A stretch of 63,348 nucleotides of DNA, the filler included, from Octopus bimaculoides (taxonomy: Eukaryota): NCBI RefSeq assembly GCF_001194135.2. It is 5 parts of 5 records of this genome, joined end to end, with 100 filler letters (N's around TTAATTAATTAA, not from the genome) between each part and the next. Parts side by side here need not be neighbours in the genome. Positions count along the whole stretch, not along the records: positions 60,186 to 62,026 come from NW_026402316.1; positions 62,127 to 63,348 come from NW_026378166.1; 3 more parts are not named here. One strand, given 5' to 3'. Position 1 is the first letter of the stretch. The number at the start of each line of letters is the position of its first letter. The translations under genes and the position numbers were made by a program. Shown in pieces: positions 61,337 through 63,348 of this stretch. The notes under the pieces are model-generated. The model was not told where the DNA came from, did not search any database, and saw only the letters and a program-made list of their open reading frames with translations.

Positions 61337-61542
61337 CTAACAGGACTTTGCTTAATTATATGATGTCTTTAATGTGTTTCACAACTGGATTGCACCGTGC
61401 ATGCTTTTGATGTCCATTTATTGCTAGGGAACTGGGCCTTTGAAAATACGATTACTTTGTGCAGAGGTACAATGCAAACACAATTAAGGCTAATCCTTTG
61501 TTTTTAGTTTCTCTGGAGTATGGAAGAGTGAAGTATGAAGTA

Positions 61543-61760
61543 AAGGCATGTAGCTAAGTGGTTAAAGTATTGCATTCACGACTGTAGGATTATAGTTTCA
61601 ATTCCCAGACTGGGCAGTGCATTGTTTTCTTGAGCAAAACACTTCATTTCACATTGCTCAAATCCACTCTGTTGTAAGTTTATCCTGGGAAGTTAATCTT
61701 GTAATGGTCCGGTGTCCCATTCAGGAGAAGTGTTGTAATTGTTGTTACTTATATGCCATA
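61543..61760 (+). mobile_element. tRNA-derived SINE of a further family
   Basis: ggcatgtagctaagtggttaaag A-box, agtttcaattccc B-box, cttgagcaaaacacttcatttcacattgctc conserved-type body. Confidence 0.7.
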
Positions 61761-62026
61761 AAAACAGGGTTAATCTCTGGCTCTATGACTCTTAGGGCTC
61801 ATGAAGGCCTAAAGGAAAATAAAAAATACCTGTGACCTTTGCTTTTTATTCTCAATAAATGCAGTCTTCTAGCCTTAGATCTTTTGTTGATGATAAGAAA
61901 GTAGATTAAGAATTAGAAATGAATCCTATGACCCCCCACCTTCACTGTTTTCCATGCCACTCCAAAATTGTAGTTGTTCTTCTCTTAGCTTATTCTTGCT
62001 GCAATAGTGGCAACATGAAATTCTTT

Positions 62027-62126
62027 NNNNNNNNNNNNNNNNNNNNNNNNNNNNNNNNNNNNNNNNNNNNTTAATTAATTAANNNNNNNNNNNNNNNNNN
62101 NNNNNNNNNNNNNNNNNNNNNNNNNN
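62027..62126. other. Synthetic scaffold-join spacer 44N-TTAATTAATTAA-44N
   Basis: Same 100-nt format. Confidence 0.9.
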
Positions 62127-63348
62127 ACCGCTAAACCGCTAATCCCCTAAACCTCTAAATCGCTAATCGGCTAAACCGCTAATGCGCTAAAGCACTAAAC
62201 CGCTAAACCGGCAAACCGCTAAAACCGCTAATCCGCTAAACCGCAAAACCGCTAATCCGCTAAACCTCTACACCACTAAACCGTTAAATCGTTAAACCGC
62301 TAAACTGCTAAAACCGTTAATCCACTAAACCGCTAAACCGCTAAACCACTAAACCGATAAGTCAGTAAACCGCTAAACCGCTAAACCGCTAAACCGCTAA
62401 ATCACTAAACAGCTAAAACGCTAAACCGCTAATCCGCTAAACCGCTAATACGATAAACTGTTAAACCGCTAAAGCGCTAAAACCGCTAAAACCGCTAATT
62501 CGCTAAACCGCTAAACCGCTAAACTGCTAAAACCGCTAAACCGCCAAACCGCTAAAACCGTTAATCCGCTAACCGCTAAACCAATAAACCGCTAAACCGC
62601 GAACCGCTAAACCCTAGCCCTAACTCCAGCCCTAACCCTAACACAAACCTTAACACTAACTCTAACCCTAGCCCTAATCCTAACCGCTAAACCCTAACCC
62701 TAATCCTAACCGCTAAACCCTAACCCTAACCCTAACGCTAACGCTAACGCTAAGCCTAACCGTAACCCTAACGCTAAACGCTAAACGCTAACCCTAAACG
62801 CTAAACGCTAACCGCTAACAGGTAACGGTCAATAGGTAACCGCTATCAGAGAACTGCTAACCGCTATCAGAGAACTGCTAACCGCTAAATCGCTAAACCG
62901 CTAAACCGCTAAACTACTAAACCGCAAAACCGCTAAACCGCTAAACCAATAAACCGCTAAACCGCTAACCGCTAAATCCTAACCCTAACCCAAACCTTAA
63001 CACTAACTCTAACCCTAGCCCTAACCCTAACCGCTAAACCCTAACCCTAAACCTAATCCTAACGCTAACCCTAAGCCTAACCGTAACCCTAACGCTAAAC
63101 GCTAAACGCTAACCGCTAACAGGTAACGGCCAACAGGTAACCGCTATCAGATAACCGCTAACCGCTAAACCGCTAAACCGCTAAACCACTAAACCGCTAA
63201 AACCGCTAATCCGCAAAACCTCTAAACCGCTAAACCGCTAAACCGATAAAACCGCTAAACCGCTAAACCGCTAAAACCACTAATACGATAAACCGCTAAA
63301 CCGCTAATACGATAAACCGCTAATCCGCTAAACCGCTAAAACCGCAAA
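62127..63348 (+). repeat. Telomere-like satellite (AAACCGCT)n with CCCTAA/CGCTAA blocks and a ~300-365-bp higher-order repeat
   Basis: 7-9-mer taaaccgc variants; taaccc-rich blocks at ~62610-62790 and ~62975-63095; unique tag aacaggtaacgg at 62817 and 63118. Confidence 0.9.

Noticed and set aside
3451-61760. tRNA genes
   Set aside because: All A/B-box sequences are SINE or PLE heads continuing into repeat bodies; no complete cloverleaf was identified.
62127-63348. CRISPR-like or coding repeat
   Set aside because: Contiguous 6-9-mer tandem units without unique spacers in a eukaryotic context.

Overview
Gap-riddled, AT-rich, microsatellite-saturated animal DNA from a draft assembly. The SINE, LINE and Penelope content suggests a cephalopod, probably Octopus (inference). 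No intact host gene is visible and almost every ORF in the track is a microsatellite or N-gap artefact. Recognisable content: (i) dozens of copies of tRNA-derived SINEs; (ii) decayed transposons: a ~2-kb IS630/Tc1-mariner element with ~220-bp TIRs, a mariner transposase remnant and a mariner MITE, R4/Dong and RTE LINE pieces, Helitron-like non-autonomous elements, and fragments of probably three Penelope-like element (PLE) families; (iii) four synthetic 44N-TTAATTAATTAA-44N scaffold joins; (iv) a terminal telomere-like (AAACCGCT)/(CCCTAA) satellite. The most notable signal is about a dozen type-I hammerhead ribozyme (HHR) motifs from several unrelated sequence families. Two look structurally complete (11899-12010 + and 38573-38661 -), several sit in inverted pairs, and one family lies behind a tRNA-like Pol III promoter inside a PLE terminal repeat. 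All structures were folded by eye and none has been tested.
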